A DNA stretch of 64,000 nt, taken from Perkinsus olseni. Taxonomy: Eukaryota. Below are positions 62,401-64,000 of the stretch, piece by piece (position 1 is the stretch's first letter; each line of letters starts with the position of its first letter). Location: positions 1-64,000 of the forward strand of contig JABANN010000061.1 of the NCBI GenBank assembly GCA_013115125.1. Reading direction: 5' to 3'. The position numbers and the translations under genes are program-made. The notes beneath the pieces were generated by a model that worked only from the letters and a program-made list of their open reading frames with translations, searched no databases and was not told the origin of the DNA.

Positions 62401-64000
62401 AATCGTAGAGGTAGAGGTTGCTCAGGACGCAAGGGTCTCTGCCCATCTTCAGACTCTCGTTGGTGATATCATTCAGACTAGGACGGAACATGTGGGTCCA
62501 CCTCTGCCCCCGTTCCCTAGCTCGCTCAATCGCCAGCCTCATGTGCGTCGGTTCAATACCAGCCGCCACACGACAGGTTGTGGCTCTGATGCGGCCATCG
62601 AAAAGGCTGTCCTGCCTTCCTCGGTAGGCGATGTCTGCCCAGTCCTCGGTCCCTCGTTCGCCCCCTTCGACCGAGTCCCTACTAGAGACATGCGACTTCG
62701 TGTCGTTAGCCCCCCGTGATGCCGACAACGCAGCAACGCCGTCACCACCGGTCCTCCTGAGACAATCAACAATCACAAGCCCAGGACGTATCCAAACTTA
62801 CGTGTTCGCCGCTGAGCCCGCAGCGTCCGTGGAGGCCTCATCTCCGACACTCTCACCGTAGGCTACCATGAGGGCCCTCTTAGCCAGGGCAGTCCCCCGC
62901 GAGTCGGCCGGACCCGCCAGCCCGCTGTCTTCGGCGACATCGAGCACTAAGTCGGCGATGTCCTTCACTTCACGGAAGACATGGCTCTGCATTTCAGGAG
63001 GCATGTTAGCCCGCACAAAGTCTCTCTCAGGCCTCCCGAGGGCGTAGGTGGCGGGAGTACTGATGCGACTCTCAGTGACCTTCCCGACGCCTGCAGTAGC
63101 AGAGAGGTCGACCAGTGGTGGTCTCGCCATATCTTCGGAAGTTGATTCATCGCGGAAGCCTCGATGACGTTGTCTCTCAGCCTCGACCACTGCCCGAGTT
63201 ACCGTTCCAAGACCACCTCTGCCAGCATCGCTAGCGCCAGATACGGCGGACCTGCACGGAAGCGTAGGACACGGCCATCACTGTCACTTGGACCCACCTG
63301 CTCGCCGAGCCTTTTGCGGAGGTATCCTCTTCTTCGTCCTCCTCACTCTCCCCTTCTTCTAGTATGGTGTCCGCCACAGTGTGGTGGTGATGGTGCTTGG
63401 GTATACCGGGCATGGACTTGAGCATCTTAGACTTCATAGGAGCGAAGGCCGTTGCCACAGGAGGCTTGGAAGATAACGGAGGGAACTGTGGATGGGCCTT
63501 CGGTCCCTTATGGGTCACTTCCGTGTTGTCCTTAACGAGTAGCTGCTCAGTGGCCTCGCTGCCTACAAATAACCCTGGCTGCATCATCCACTACTGCCGA
63601 CTCCTAGAGAGCATCACCTCCGTCATCATCCTCCATCTGCTCTCCCATGCTGCTATCATCTCCCCTAGGGGACGGATCATCCACGTTGATTTCGGGGTTC
63701 AAGTCAAACTCTCTCCGCCGCTCCTAATGCCAGCAAGTGTGGCGGGCCGTGGCAGCCTAGCCTACCTGCTCCGAGCTCTCATTGGACTCGTCGATCTCCC
63801 CGCCCTGTTTCATCTCTTGGTACTCCGTCACTGTCACTGTGAAGTTACGAGGGAAGTAGCCAATGCGTGAAGGGTTGTTAGCAAGTCGGCCGAGCCACCA
63901 CTGATTCTGAGCAGCAGCCAAAGGATATCAGTCGCACTCTCCCGACCAACGGGCGAAGTACGTCTTTTGGTCCGTTCAAGACTTCGATGTTGTCCCCAGC
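56459..64000 (-). CDS. Large SH3 + WW + B-box + multi-IQ-motif protein (5' end outside window)
   Basis: SH3 AGDNIEVL...QWWLGR...IGYFPRNF; WW LPSNWEV...YYL...HP; B-box CSEC..VWCQQCTDNFCCDCYAAVH..H; IQ repeats IQKFVRG, VQATFRG, LQSYWR, IQRVLRG, VQGIIRG, IQSCWR, IQKHFRG. Confidence 0.8.

Noticed and set aside
1-64000. Transposons, viral inserts, spliced-leader genes or relics
   Set aside because: No RT, integrase, transposase or capsid motifs and no CCGTAGCCATYTTGGCTCAAG-like leader seen by eye

Overview
Gene-dense eukaryotic genomic DNA with many very short (mostly ~40-60 nt) GT-AG introns and short intergenic spacers. Intron style and gene content (MORN-SAM-TKL kinase) suggest an alveolate, most likely Perkinsus-like; this is inference, not a database result. 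I can support about 25 protein-coding genes in strand-coherent blocks, including a ~30 kb run on the + strand. Recognisable products are a CAMK-type kinase, an NCKX exchanger, a DEDDy exonuclease with a dsRBD-like tail, a C3H zinc-finger repeat protein, TRAPPC8, a His-box desaturase, eIF4A, cytochrome b5, a MORN-SAM-(pseudo)kinase, a TMEM209-like protein, TFIIF-beta, SSRP1, an FHA-BRCT protein, a TPR protein, a UreH/NiCoT-like transporter and two IQ-motif proteins. Two things stand out. (1) A tandem trio of Rai1/DXO-fold (PD-(D/E)XK) nuclease paralogues shares one intron position but has divergent N-termini and active-site motifs. (2) A tRNA-Ile-like cloverleaf has intact acceptor/T arms and B box but a T6 run in the anticodon arm, and abuts a ~245-nt region of nested inverted repeats (candidate ncRNA module). 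Gene models were spliced by eye, and boundaries of the hypothetical genes are approximate.
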